Part shown: in pieces, positions 23,419 through 38,293 of the stretch | How the letters are laid out: every line of letters begins with the position of its first letter | Numbering within the stretch: position 1 is the first letter of the stretch | Source: Chlorokybus atmophyticus | Lineage: Eukaryota > Plantae > Mesostigma and Chlorokybus algae | Assembly: GCA_009103225.1 (NCBI GenBank) | Contig: RHPI01003116.1 | Span: 62,001-126,000 of the forward strand | DNA length: 64,000 nt | Reading direction: 5' to 3' | Notes under the pieces: generated by a model | Told to the model about the DNA's origin: nothing | The model's input: only the letters and a program-made list of their open reading frames with translations | Databases searched by the model: none | Translations under genes and position numbers: made by a program

Positions 23419-26400
23419 CTACGAGGAGAAGGTCACGAGCTCCTGTGCGCGCGAGAGAGCTTTCTCCAACACGGCCACCTCGGCTTGTCGCATGCGCAGC
23501 GCCAGCTGGAGATCGCGCGAGGACGTGGCCGATGCCGCCAGCTGTTCTTCACCCACGCGGAGCACATCAAGCTGCTGCCTGCACACCTCCACAAGCACGG
23601 CCGCCTCGGGACCCGTCAGCGCCTCGACCGGCTCGTCCTCCTCCTCCTCTTCCTCTTCTTCCACGACTTCAACCTCCTGCTCACCCCCCTCCTCTGCGCC
23701 AACAACACCCTCCACCCGCCCCTCCTCCCCCTCTCCTCCTTGCTGCTCACCTTCTGTTTGACCCTCACCCTCACCCAACCGCGTGTCCACGTGGCCATGT
23801 TCATGTCCACAATCACCATCATGATGATGACCATGACCATGATCATGACCGTAGCCATGACTATGATTATGGTCATGACTGTGGTCGTGGTCGTGGCCGT
23901 GCTCATGATCGTGGTCATGGTCGTGATTGCAGTTACCATTGTGCACATGCGGTTGATGCTGTTGGTTCGAGGCATGGTTGTTGTTGTTGTCGGCAGGTGT
24001 GAGGGCCGTGCGTAGGAGTTCACTAAGCTGAGCGCTATCGGATGCGGCGGCCACGCGAAGCCACAACGCGAGTGCGGCCGAGGGCGAACCGTCCGCACGC
24101 ACTTCCGCCTCGGTCGCGCGCCGACCGCCGGGCTGGAGACCCAACAACTGCAGCACTTTAAGCTTCTTGTCGATCATCTTCTTGCGCTCGTTGGCGTCGT
24201 AATCATTGCTTTCCACCTTGTCCAACATGCTCGCGGCGGGCGTGGGTAGCAGCCGTCTCCTGTCGTGCATATTAATGCCTGTCTCGGGCCCGCCCACCAC
24301 GCCCGTGAAGAGAAGGAGATGTGAACTCGCGCGCGCCCCATACGACTTGCACACCTGCGTGTGACACTCAACCCAACATGAGTGTCGCACCCACATAGCT
24401 GAATGGAAAGTCAACGTGCAACGGTATGTCTGTGCGCATACGCGCATGCAGACATACACAGAGATGCAGACAGGCATGTGTGCATATGTGTGCGTGTGTG
24501 TGTGCATGGGAGTGCGCTACCTTTTCTCCGGCGGTGAACACGCGTTTGGCGTTTACTTCCATGCACTTTCGTGACGGATCGAAGAGCGCTGTGACAGGTC
24601 CTGCCTCATGCGCGAGGAAGTCGAAGAGGGGTACGAGGGCGAACGTGTTGGCCGTGGCGGTAGGTAGCGCGCTCTGCCGCGAGAGCACCACCGACACCGC
24701 CCACTGGAACTCACGCAGCGTGAACCACTCTTCGGCCGCTGCAAAGGCGGCCGCGGGCAGCAGCGCGCGAGTCCGGCCCGCCGCGGCGGCGCTGTCCATC
24801 GCGGCACGCGTGCGACGAAGCAGCGAGTACACGTGCGCATACTGCCGAGCCACATCACGCACGTGACCGTGCACCTCCGCCAGCACCTATTGATGTAGAG
24901 CCGATACCATCCGGTGAGCTCACCCAACATGAAGCACATTGTGTTGCAGCAACACATGTAGCAAAGAGGAGGTATTGTAACTACCCACCGTGGTTCCTCG
25001 CAAACCTTCCAGCGCCTCATCACTGCACAAGCCAGATAAGAAAGCCACAGAGTCAGCGTTAGGGCCCAAACTCACACACACAGATACACATACCCACAGA
25101 CATGCGCACACCTGAAGCCGAGTGGCAGGCAGGCGTTGCCGAGCGTGAGTGCGCCATTGGGTTGCTGCTCCATCTGAGGCAGCGCTGCAATATACGGCGC
25201 CCACTTGCTTGGCTCCATGCCCGCTTGTGGCCGATGCTGCACCAGCATGTTGTATCGTATGCATGTGTCAACATGTTGTGGAAGCGAATCTTGTCTCTCA
25301 CCTTTTCAAACAGCAAATGCAGTGCGAGGGCGAGGGACGGCATGCGTTGGCAGAGGGCGTCGCTGTAGATGAGCTGGACCACGTCAACTGTGTCGAGCGC
25401 AGTGATGGTTGTCATCATGATGTCTTGCGGCACCGCCACAATAGTCTCGCCCTCAGCAAGATCCCGCGTCGCGTATACGCCCACACCACCGTGCTCATCA
25501 CGCTTGAACTCCAGCCCCGCCGCTTCGACCTGAACAATACTGTATGAATTGATCATGTTGATGTATGGTTCAACCACATCGAATGGTTGAATCAGACACT
25601 AACATCCAGGTTGAAACATGCATGTTGATGTGTGAGTCAACATGCACCATACATGCAAGACAATCTGTCCCTTACATCAACTTCATGCTCCTTCAACCAT
25701 GCGGCGAAGCCTTCAAGAGCGTTTGTGACGCTTGCAACAGGCTCTGAAACTCCCATTGCAGTCGCCAGTTGTCGCTCCAGCTTGTGAATCTGCAGATGTG
25801 TTCACATGCATGCGTATGTGTGCATCCATACCACATGACTGCATGCATGCATGCAAGCAAAAAAATTGAAGAGCTTGACATGCTGTTGTATGTGCCGGCA
25901 AAATGCATGGCGCTCATGCAAACAAGTCAATGCTCAGTGTTTCGTTATACTGAAAGCACGGCAACTGCGTATGCATGTCTGCATGCATAGGAGTGTACCA
26001 ATCCCACATGCAGCAAGAGCTCGTGCCATCACAACATCTACTGTGTCTCAGAAACATGCTTTTTTGCTGGTCTGACTGCATTGTACTTGAGCAGCAGCAG
26101 TGAATCAGCGCTGCTTACATGCAATGTGCTTTCGAACCTGTTGGAGCTGTCTCTTGAGTGCGCGTATGGCGTCAATGTAGTCGTCATCGGTGAGTCTCTG
26201 CCCCTGCTTCTCGCGCTCCCGCAACAGCGCCACAAGCGAGGCGCCGGCAGCACGCCCAACCTCATGCACCAGCTGCTCCACTGCTCACACGCAAAAAGAA
26301 ACAACCACATGAACTGCTCCGAGCGTGCTGCTGGCAGCTTCAAGTGAGGGTATGTGAGCATGCGTGTGCGCTTGTGTGTTGATTCATGTGAGTGCATGCG

Positions 26401-26971
26401 CGCGTGTGTTTGTCTATATGCATGCCTGTGCGTGTGCCTATGCAAGCCTGTGCTAATGTTTGTAAGTCTGGTTGTGGGTGGGTGTGCGTATGTGTGCCTG
26501 TGTGCGTGCGTGTGCTGTGCAAGTGTGCATTGCCAACAACGGGCAAGCACTGAGCATTCCTTGCGCTGAGGCTAGGTTGTCCAATGTAAGCAGCGTGTCC
26601 AAGATCATGCCGAGGCGCGTAATGTGTATGCATGCAAGCAGCACACAGACGAGTGAAGGCACCTGAACTACCTAACTGCCCAGACAGGGAGACAAAGTCA
26701 GCGAGAGTGCACTTACAGGATGGCAAGCAATATGACGATAGCAACAACAAAAAAAACCGAAGACGGCAAGCTCAACGCTAATCACAAGCAAGCCCCTTGG
26801 CAAGCAACCAGCACAGTGAGTGAGTGTGGCAAACCAGCGTCAGCCACCTGCACGCGCCCGCTTCCGCACGGCGGCGCTCCCCTTGTTGCTGATACTTGCA
26901 GACACAGGCGGCGCCGTTCCTCCTCGCCCTCCTCCTCCTCCTCCACCTCCACCTCCTCCTCGCGACGCCAT
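23419..26971 (-). CDS. SET-domain methyltransferase of the SETD3/Rubisco-LSMT class with His-rich and acidic inserts
   Basis: Start MASRGGGG at 26971. Exons encode FAAWLKEHEVD, GVYATRDLAEGETIVAVPQD, LALHLLFEK, SKWAPYIAALP, FTLREFQWAVSVVLSRQ, ALVPLFDFLAH, SYGARASSHLLLFTG and an LSMT substrate-binding-like C-terminal region; stop at 23419-23421. Confidence 0.88.
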
Positions 26972-27617
26972 CGCCGCCCCTGCCGCTGCCGTGCACTACG
27001 CCGACGCCGCCAACACTGCTGCGGAGTCTGCTGCGCTCTTGAAGCTGCCACAGTTGCCATTGTTGGTACAACATGAGTTGAGGGGCATTGCACTGACCTT
27101 ATTGCTCGCATTTTCTGACTGGTGGGCCACCAGTGGTGGGTAATGGCCACTGGGCGTGCGCATACACCATGGAGGTCACGTTGACGTACAAGCACATAAT
27201 TAATGAGGCCTCTTTTTTATGTGTATGCAACTTTAGCATGGGTATCAATACTACCATGATATATTAATGTTATCCTATTATATAGACATTATATACTAAC
27301 AAACGTTATGGTATTATCATATTATCAATGTTATTGTTAATACCAACAAACTTGCATACGTCACGGCACTGTTCATGTCATTGGACAATGAGTATTTTGA
27401 ATCAATATACACTAATATGTATGGTTGTTGATGACAACATGCATCTTTGATGATTACAAAGTTAGCAGTTGAAATGTTGCTTCAATAACCTTTGAAGTTG
27501 TGTGACGACTCCTCCGGCATTTCGTGATACTGTTATCATAATTTCATGCCCAATTTTGCATGTTTGAAGACCTCTCTTTTTGTCAAACATATATAGGACA
27601 TATGATGTAGAATGTGC

Positions 27618-28200
<583 letters not shown>

Positions 28201-31200
28201 AATCAGTTCATAACGGGGTGTCGGTGGTAGTGAGTTTGGTTGGTGAGTAGCATGGTTCTGCTGTGTATGATGTGATATGCCTATGGCCTACCTGATGTTT
28301 TACACACCTAGCTATATGCACAACAGCTGCAGCTGTTCAATTATTGCACATGCTTGAGAGGTGTGAAACCCCAAGCATTGTGCACCTGCGAGCCTGTTAG
28401 CAATCATGGCAGCATGTCATCAATCCATGCAACTTATGAGCAATGCCAAAGCTTAAAATCACCCGCTTGAGGCCTTTTTGCAGTTTGTTGAGAGTCATCA
28501 ACTCTTTCTTACAATATTCATGCTATGGTTGCTGAACACGCTGTGCACAGCACGCACACAATGTGTGTCTGGACACCTAAAACTCGCAAGCTTGCAAGTG
28601 CTTGAGGGTTTCATGCATAATATCAACACTGCAGCTTTTACACCACATGGCACACGAGCAATGGTGTACAAACAATATCAAACAAAATCGCAAATGCATA
28701 ATGATATCCATAGCAAGTAGCATGCACAGTGTCATACATCACACCATGACAAGCTCAACCATCGGGCCGATCAACCACCATACCCAAGAAGTAGCTACAC
28801 TACCACTAGCACCTTGCTAGCCATGCAAGCATGCATATGCAATGATAATGGCAAGACTATGCTGAGACAAAGCAAGCAGTTACAACCACACACGCATACA
28901 ATGAGAAAACTACCCCAAGCCAGCAAGTAGGACTAGGGTTGGGCTTGGGAATGACAGCTAGCTGAGCACATATAGTGCACAATTTATTGTTAGCGCATGC
29001 AAAGAACAAGCATAGTACAACAAAGATAGCAATGCGCTAGGCCCCACAGCAGCACGCTCAACAAAGAAAAGCAGCAGCAAGCAGCAGCGCCTCACCTAAG
29101 TAAGCAGCGCCTGTCATGCCCACATGGCTTGCGAGAGTCATTCTCTATTCTTGACTTATGTTAGTAAGATGGACCAAGTGGAGATTCTCGACCTGTGTTG
29201 TGCTTGGCAATTATGTTCATGCGGTTGTGTTCACGTCTCCTTAGCATTCGTGGACACAGTACTACACATGGCACAAGTGAGGGCGAGCACAGTGAGCTGG
29301 TCAGTGTCTATGAAGGCCATACGAGCCTTATGTCACAGTGTTGTAACAACTTGTCATTGAATGGTTGCCATCCATGGTGACCCCAAGAAGACAGCTGTGA
29401 GCTGTCAATGGTAGTTTACTTTAGTTTGACGATGTCTGCCATTGTGTGTCTGCTACAAGCGGTAAAAGCTGTTGATGGCATACTGTCGCAGTGTTGTTAT
29501 GTGTTCGACATTCCTTGGTTGATGTCCTGTGGTGGGACAAGTCCTGTGTTGGACCTGTTAGCCTAGAAACAGTACCTTGTGTTCATGTTGATGTTTCCGA
29601 GGTGGTAGGCCTGGGTTAGTGATGCTCCACAAGGGGAGTGTAATGATCCCTATGTGGGAAGTGTCATGTGTGATAAATTAGAGCACAGTGACAAGGCCTT
29701 GTTGGCCTTGGCCATCGTGTGCCAGGTCGGGAGCAACATCTGGTATAAAAGCTAAGTTGCAACCTTGTGGGGATCGATCACTTGTGTGTGTTTCTTGCGA
29801 GAGGGCCACTTGTGCGTGGGGTGCCTGGCTAGTAGCTGTTGAAGGGGCTCCCTCTCATCCCTTGTGGGGTGTGCTAGTGTATGTGTATGTGTACGCCACC
29901 TTGGGTGCATGTGTGTGTGTAAGCCTGGGGCTGGAGCTGAGTGGAGGGGCTGGTGGTCAGCATCTCCTTTCTAAATGCGGTGCTATGACTTCGCTTGAAG
30001 TACTGCACCGATGGTGGCTGGTGAGGCTTCCATCCATAAGGTGTTGTCAGTCCTTATGCTTGTGCATATGTTTGCCAAGCCAACCAGCAAGTAAGTGTGG
30101 AAACGTCACGGCACGACATTGAGAACGTTGCCGTAAGGGGCAACTACCAATTGCAGCCTTTTGATTGTGTGTGTAGGCAATAACGGTACAATGACTTGGT
30201 ACCGCTAGCATACAAACAAGCATTTATAGAAACACACTTGTGTTTTGATGAATGCTGAGCATTCATTAAACACAAGGCTTGTGTTGCGGCGAAGTCAGTA
30301 CTGCCTTCATCGTAACACAGTGCAAGACAACGTCAATAGCTGGCTTGCAGCAGTAAGCAGCGACAGCAGCAAAGAGCAAGTGATAAACTGGGCTCCGCAG
30401 CTCATCATATAGTAGCTAAACCGTACTAGACAAGGTCTGCGGGTCGCGTACGACTGGTCCGCGCGAGTAAAGCCCTGTGTAGCCAGCGATAGCAGGAGAT
30501 TGTGCGCTCACTTACACACAAGCGCCACAGTAAGTAAGTTGCCTCGGGGCACTTGACACTAAGTGTCATGTGGCCGACATCAGCCTTTTTGCCACGCAGA
30601 CCACTTTAGCAAGCATTTATGGCGCTTTCAGCTGCGCTTACATCATAACTTATCCTCTACATTGTAACCCCTAAACTATAGAAATCAAGATATTCTATCC
30701 AAATCATTTCCTTGCTTCGCGTTGGGTACTCCATTCTTCGCGTGTCATTCTCGAATGTATGGGGACGTGCTCCAACGCATGGACTAAAAACCCATGCACA
30801 CCTGCTGCTAGGAAGGCTTTGTGAAACGGTGAGGATGTAGAACTAGTAGCATTTTCATAGACACTTTGCTGATGTGTTTACAAAAACGCTTGAATGCAGT
30901 GGTAGTGGTTAGACCGACATGTAACCGCTATATAGTTTTTACATGCCCGCAGTGGGTACACGCAATAGATCACATGTGTTTGTTTAAACGGGCTGACATG
31001 TGTTGCTTCATGCAGCAAGTTCCGTATCCGCTTTGCAAACTTTGCCACAAAGAAGTTGTATAGCTGGCAGGTGTTCTTGAACACTGTACATGCACACAAC
31101 CATTTGCTAGGCAAGCACGACTGACAAGACTGACAACGACAGTCAAGACAACATGACAAGAAAACGAGTGATAACGATAATACATTGCCGTACCTAAGCA

Positions 31201-31388
31201 TATAAATATAAAGGATATGCGCGAGACAGTTGGAGACTTGCATGACGCCAAAATGTAGCATACCAATCAGCATGCAAACATGCTAGCATACACCATTACC
31301 GGCCTATACTTACCGCTTGTTCACTTATCACACCATACTACTCTAGACCTCCCCGTTACGCATGCATACATGGGGCGTCTTGTTGGTT

Positions 31389-31740
31389 AATTACCTGTGC
31401 AACACACCAGCAGCAGCGCAGCAGCAGTAGGACAAATGCAGCATCCATGCGTTCCCCTCTCCCTCCCCCTTCCTCCCTCTCTGCCTTCCCCTCGGCCTCC
31501 TTCCCCTCCTCTGCCTCCTCTCTCCCCTCCGCCTCCTCCTCCGCCTCCTCCTCTCACTGCGCCGTCACCACGACTGAAACCCTTGTCGCTGCTGGTCTGG
31601 CAGGGCCCCTCTGCCCCGCCCCTCTGCCCTGCAGGCTTGCAGTGCGGTATTGTGGCGCAACGCGCTGCGCTGTGCTAGCGCCAGCAGTTAGGTGGTGCTT
31701 GTGGGGTTAGGTCAAACATTATTAAGGTGGTGGGGTTGGA
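31389..31740 (-). repeat. Dispersed repeat, copy B (partner at 9590-10262)
   Basis: Shares the exact 20-bp and 11-bp blocks with copy A. The central tract is a degenerate polypyrimidine run (plus strand) where copy A has (GA)n plus the gap. Confidence 0.75.
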
Positions 31741-33467
31741 CGGCTGTGTCCTTCGCACGGGCAAGCTGCGTTTTCAAGCAGCCTGCTCCCCGCGCATGTT
31801 GTTCGGTGCAGCTGATGTGGCGTTTGCGGTTGCTGCCTTCACGCGCCAGTGCTTCTGCAAACCGAGGTACACCATCCTGTACAGCAATGCGGGGGGTGGT
31901 GGGGTGNNNNNNNNNNNNNNNNNNNNNNNNNNNNNNNNNNNNNNNNNNNNNNNNNNNNNNNNNNNNNNNNNNNNNNNNNNNNNNNNNNNNNNNNNNNNNN
32001 NNNNNNNNNNNNNNNNNNNNNNNNNNNNNNNNNNNNNNNNNNNNNNNNNNNNNNNNNNNNNNNNNNNNNNNNNNNNNNNNNNNNNNNNNNNNNNNNNNNN
32101 NNNNNNNNNNNNNNNNNNNNNNNNNNNNNNNNNNNNNNNNNNNNNNNNNNNNNNNNNNNNNNNNGGGGGATGGGGGGGTACAGTACGCACAAGTGTTGTT
32201 GCGTCAGCGCTGTCGCAACGTCGTCAACATCCGTTTCAATGAGTGGCCATCCGATTGCAGCGCCGTCAGCAGGTCTGTCATAGCGTTGCTAAAGTGACTG
32301 CGGTACGGGCACGCGGATGAACCGCACATACTACGATTCCACCACTCCCAACTTGACGCTCTGAGGCACATTGGACTCTGGTAGCGGCGCCCGGTGTTGT
32401 CGGATGTCTCTGCACTCCGGCATATATGCAGTCACCTGCGCATAGGGGCTGCTTGCAGTCATCGTGTCCAAGCACGACATCGTTCGCATCAACGACAATG
32501 GTGCCCTCTTTCCTCCCCTCCCTCTTATCCTTTATTATCATGGACACGTACGTTTAGGGTGTGAGTGCTGCACTAGGCCTAACCGGACATGAGGGTGGTA
32601 GGAGCAGAGGCAGAGCGATATAGTAGCCCGGTGGTCGTGCAGGCGGCATGAAGGTGCGTCGGGTGGAAATGCATGCTTATAACAGCCTCGAGCTTATCCT
32701 ATACACCGCACACTACCACACGTCCCGCGCTACGCTACCAAGCTACACGAGTGCCGCGTTCGCCTCACTCGTGGGAGGGCCTTGGGCCACAGGTCCATAT
32801 CCTGGCACCGCCACCTCCACCCCTCCTTCTCTCACCGCCATCCTCTGCCACTGTGCACCTCGCACTCACCTCCTGCTGCCCTAACCTGTGTTGCACTCTC
32901 ACCACTCAGCCAGGCGCCTAAAGACTTGTTGTTCAGGGCGCAGGGTTCAAACTGAACCCTGCAGATAGCACCGCGCGCCAGCAGTGATGGGCTTGTGCAT
33001 CATGCACAGCAGGCCAGCAGGAGCTGTAGAAGCAACACGCCCAGAATCCTGCAAACTTACCCATCCAGCCCGAAAAATGGCAGACAAGCAAATAACATTC
33101 CCAAACGCAAATAACAAATGTATCCCACTGAATTCTGCACAGACGATGACTACAGCGACCAGCTCTGTGTCTTATACACAAATGGCTACCAGTTACCTGC
33201 ACAAAGGGAAGCGATCTGAACAAACACACTACTATACACATTTGTACCTCCGGTGGAAGACTAAGCATGCATGCGCCTAACACAGACGGTGCCCGTTCCT
33301 AACTTCATACAGAGGGCCCATGCCTTCTGAAGGTGATACACGCCAATCATCCCAGCAGTATGTGCTTCACAAAACCGATGAGGCCCCCATGAGCTCTTAT
33401 TGGTTCGACCCGCAAAGGTCTTCAAGCAGCTGCAAGAGACAAGAGCCGGCTTGGATACGAATGCACT

Positions 33468-36400
33468 TCAGTGCGCAAGGACCTCCAGTTCCCGCGCCTC
33501 ACGGCTATGCTCTCTATCTGCCTTCTGCTGCTGTGCTTTGGTGCTCTTCTCTGCGAGCACGGCAAAGCACACTTACTCACGAATCCACAATGCACCAACA
33601 CACTGCACTACCATATGAGGACAGTTGACACGCAAAGCATCCTTGTGCAAAGCCCATTGCGCACCTGCTCCCGCGATCAACTTCTCAACGCGTGCAACTA
33701 TGTGCTTCCCATAGGTGTACTTCTTGAGGTTGTGCAGGTGTGCCTTTACTCGCGACAGCAAAAGCTCTTTCTGCTCGCCATCACTCGTCTCTAAGACCTG
33801 GGACGAAGGAGTGGCCTGAGTACTGCACTGACACACACCTGGATGCCAAGGGGTGTTGAGCGAGAGCAAGACCAACTCACCTTCTGCACAACGTAATTCG
33901 CAAACTGATCCTTCATCATGGCCTGTAGCGGCTCATTCTCATCGGTCAAACCGAGCATCTCATTGATGAGAATCTGCCGCTCAGCTGGGGTGCCATGCTC
34001 AAGACACTTCTCCACGACATTGGAAGCAAATTTGTGCTGGCTCATCTGTACAATCTGCCCAGCCAGTCTTGTAATGATCTCTTTGCGCTCACGAGCATCT
34101 CCATGCTCCAAAACATGCTGCAGTGAGCAGACAACGTCAGTACAAGGGCTGGCATGCAAGTGCAAAGAACGCAAAGCAGCACACAACCAAAGTCAAGCTC
34201 TAAAAGCACACCTGGACAACATAATTTCCATATTGGTCTTGGGCCAAGGCGCAAGTAGAACGCAGTATCTCCTCAATAATGGAGTGTTGCTTCCACTCTC
34301 CTGTGCAATGCTCCAGTACCCTCTGTTGAACATTAAAGCCAACCACACACCATCAGCTGGCTATGAAGACAAATAGACCGAGAAATCAAAAACCTGACGT
34401 TGCATAAGAATACATACCTGAATCACGCGGCAGCCATATGGGTGAGTGGAAAGTGCAACAATCTGGCCGTGAAAAGAGTTGATAATAAACTGTATCCTCG
34501 CAGGATGCACTCTCTCAATGCACTTCTGAATGACATGGTTGCCATTCTGGTCGCGGACACACCTGCCAGTCATAGAACCCTTAATTCCTGCCACTACCTC
34601 AACTGCCAGTTTTGCTGCGCAAGTCCAAAGTTTTCAGCTTACCGCATCACACTGCCTTCAAGCTCCCGGACCAATGCCACCTGTTGATCCTCCTCAACAA
34701 CCTCAAGAGCCTGACAAATCAGCCATTCTATTGTGAATCTACATAACGAACGCACTAAACATACAGCATTGAGCAATGCCCCGCGTTGCTTCATACCTTC
34801 TGTATGACCCTGCAGCCATACATCTGAAGGGAAAGCGCAAGGACATGCCCTTGCAGTTGATCTGCCAGAAGCTTGCGCTGCTGGAAGCTTCCGTGCTCGA
34901 AAAACTACCAAGAGATGAGATGTTGGACAGACAAAAAGTAATGCATGTGGCGCATGCTGCTAGCAGGCTTGAGACACACTCTGTAATGCTGCCTGACCTT
35001 CTGTATAACATAGTTGCCAAAGACATCTGTCATCAGCGTCAATGCTCGCGGAAGCACTTCCTGGAAGATGGCATCCCGTTCCTCATCAGAAGACGTTTCC
35101 AACTTCTGCTGTATGAACCGGCTCCCGTGCTGATCAGCACTGTGCATTGCAAATGTTTAGGTTGACATCAATTGTCCCATGCTAAACACTGCTGTGTACT
35201 GCACTGGCATGCAGCATACCTGAACTCCACGACATGACCAGCAATATCAGACAACTCGAAGCGCCGTGTCTTGTTGTTTTTGAACTCGTCAAGCAAAGTA
35301 AAGTTTCTGGGGTCCTCGGCTCCAGGGCTGTCCAGGTTTCCTGTGCGTGGGCTGGTCCCGCCAACAGCACCGTGGCGAGAGTTCTTGTCATTGAACCCCC
35401 CCACTCGCAGACCGCGGTCGTCGTGAGCTCGCCTTGATGAGCCAGGCTTGAACGAGCCGTTGGGGCTGTAAGGCGAAGGCGGGCTGGAGTAGTATGCACC
35501 TCCGGACGCAGTCGGGTGCTTGATGGTCAATCCGGGGCTAAAAGGACCGCTGCTTGTCCCACGAGGCGTCTGAGTGCCCGGACGCTTGTAATCATCACGG
35601 CGTATGGTAGGGCTGGTTGAGCTGCCACCTGAGGCTGTCACGCAAACAAGTCCATCAGCCACCTTCACGTACCCCGACAGCATCAACACAAACCACACTA
35701 ACTGCCATCAAAACAAACCTGACATACTTGATGCCCCTGGAAAGCCTCCTAGAGCAGCAGCTGCCGCGCTAGGGTCTCCACTAGCCGTCGCCATTGCACG
35801 CGCATCTTCCAGTGCACACATGAACGCTGCATACTGTAAGGGATCTGTAGGGACTCCAGGGTTGCCCAGGCCAGCGGCAGCGAACTTCCCATACATGTGA
35901 GGTGGTATGGTGTGTGCCATAGCTGCAGCAGCTGCCGCCTGAGCGGCTGCGGATGTTGGGCGTACCCCAGCAGCTGCAGCTGCCACATCATTGAACGGGA
36001 ATGGCATCTGACTCCCGTAACCAGGCATGAGGTGCATCATGCCAGGGTTGAGAGGTGGGTATGTAGCCATTCCCATAGAAGCAAACTGCGGCCCGTATAG
36101 TGCGTGCATGTTGGGGTAGTAGGGTGCTCCTCCGGTCATTTGCTGGTACATGGCTGCAGCAGCAGCAGCTGCTGCTGCATGCTGCTGTTGTTGTTGTTGT
36201 TGTTGTTGTTGCTGCTGCTGCTGCTGCTGCTGTTGCTGCTGCTTTAACAGCTGCTCCTGCGAATACTGCTGCCCCGCCAACCCATAATGGGCAGACCTTA
36301 ATCCAGTATCGCCAGCTGGCGCCATGTGCGATGGAACACCGCGCTGCCGATCTGCCATCATACCTATGCTATCTGAGGCAGCATGCAACTGCATGTCTTG

Positions 36401-38293
36401 CAAGGCATTGGCGAGCTCGTTCTCAAGGGCTGAGTTACTGTCATACGCATCACCGCCCTCACGAGGATAGGTATCCACTGCCATTGCCAATCTTGTAGCA
36501 GCTGCTTGGCGCATTCTTGCGGCGACTGTATGAGAGCATTTGGGCAAGCTCAGGGCACCAAGCAAGCCACACTGCAACTCACAAGGCCAAAGCAATCACC
36601 TGCTGGCGCTGGTGACGCCGATCTATGCGGCTGTTCGTATGCCTCATCCAGTGAGGCAGACGCATACCCACGCTCCATGAGATGGGAGAGCTGCATGTCC
36701 GCCACTGCTTTTGCCTGTGCCACCTGATCCTCCGGTCGCTGACCTGCAGCTGCCCGCGAACTGGTGAACACAGGTGAAGGCGTGCGAGGAAAGTCAGCCT
36801 GCAAACAGGTCAACTTGAGTGCCTTGCAACTGCCCCAACATGCTACATGCTGGTCTTAACAAGCCCGAGGCAGAGACTCTTGTCAAACAGCCACCTGAAT
36901 GAGGTCAACAATTGACTTGGGACGAGCTGCATTGGCTGCTGAGATGCTGGCCAGTGCCTCCTGTGTAGCCTGATCCGTAGGCCAGTCAAATGCACCCTCT
37001 TGTTCAGCAACCGTTCGTTTCCACGGACTCCCAGGGCCACCAAACTCAGCAGAAGGGGGGATGTCTTTCTTAAGTTTGTTCTCCGCAAACGGGCCCCCAG
37101 CTGAGAACAGGGAAGAGCCTCCCAGCTGGCTATCCACCTGCTGCAAGACCCACATCACAAGGTAAGGGTGCTTACAGAATGAGACTTACATTACCACATC
37201 CGATGCAAACACACCGTACCTGGCGACTCATGTCTGCAGGGTTGACTGCTGCTGCAGCAGTGGGACTCAGCTGCTGTTGCAGGCGCTGAGCTAGCCGCCA
37301 GTTCTCCCAAGATATGATTGGAGGGGGTAAGCGAGGATTCAGGTTGATATGCGAATAGTAGTAGGCCAGATACGCAGGATGCGACCTGATATCCCGCTCA
37401 TCTGCCGGCAGTAGTCCAGAGCCACCCTCTGCCGGTGCGCCCTCCGGATTGGTCGACAACTGCAATCGAGAAAGCCCAGGTGCTGGTGACATTGTGCTCA
37501 AGATATGTTCTACGCTTGGCGGTGCACTCCCGCTCCGTTGCACCTGTGCCACACCATACTGTCTTGAGCACAGGTTTAGCGGAAGCGGAATTTGAACGAC
37601 AAGCAACCACGCACCACAGTACTGTTTGCCAATCACAACCGTGCAACCTAGGAAGTTGCAACAACACATCTTGTGTTGCAATGAGCTGCAACATGAAATG
37701 GTACAAATTAACGTGTTACAAATTACTGATGCTGTGCAAGCGACACAACAATAGCCACTGCACAATCACTAACACGTTGTTTGAACCAAGAGACCAGGCC
37801 AGATGCTGGTCCCGAGCTTGGGCTTTAGTGCACATGCCTGATGAGCGCTATTTGTGTAAAGTTCAAGCGCAAAATGGCCTGCCCGCCTGCCTACAGAGAA
37901 CAATCGCCTAGAAGAGTTCAATTGCAGAAGTTTGGCCTCGGTTTGATCGTTGGCAGCAACAACCATGCTTTCACAAAGCATGACAAAGCCCAAAACCCAC
38001 GGCGTGTTGAAGAGGAGTGCATAGCACGCAAGATCAAGCGCACAATGCAGCAGCTACAAAAGAAGAGTTATATTATGCGACAATGGAGCACTCACCAGGT
38101 CGCCCTTGCGATCAATGAGGTGCTCAAACCGTCGGTTCCGGAACAGCATGCCAAGCTCGTGCGCAATGGCCTCGCTGCCACCACCGCCGGCGGCAGCGGC
38201 AGCTGCGGCCGCGGCGGCAGCCGCCCCTGCAGCAGCAGCGGCGCCCAAGCTGCCGCTGTGGCCATAAGGGCCACCCCGGCCGCCGTCCTGCAT
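33468..38293 (-). CDS. APUM: Pumilio/PUF RNA-binding protein, plant APUM1-6 type, eight PUF repeats
   Basis: N-terminal [10 protein letters not shown]...[10 protein letters not shown] and [25 protein letters not shown] (plant NABP-type motifs); poly-Q tract about 36180-36243; PUF repeats [97 protein letters not shown]. The last exon is uncertain (stop at 33468 if spliced after AGAG, otherwise 33573). Confidence 0.96.

Noticed and set aside
32436-32510. VVDANDVVLGHD resembling the IPP isomerase N-terminus
   Set aside because: Following exons lack the downstream HRAFS, TNTCCSHP and Nudix-like motifs.
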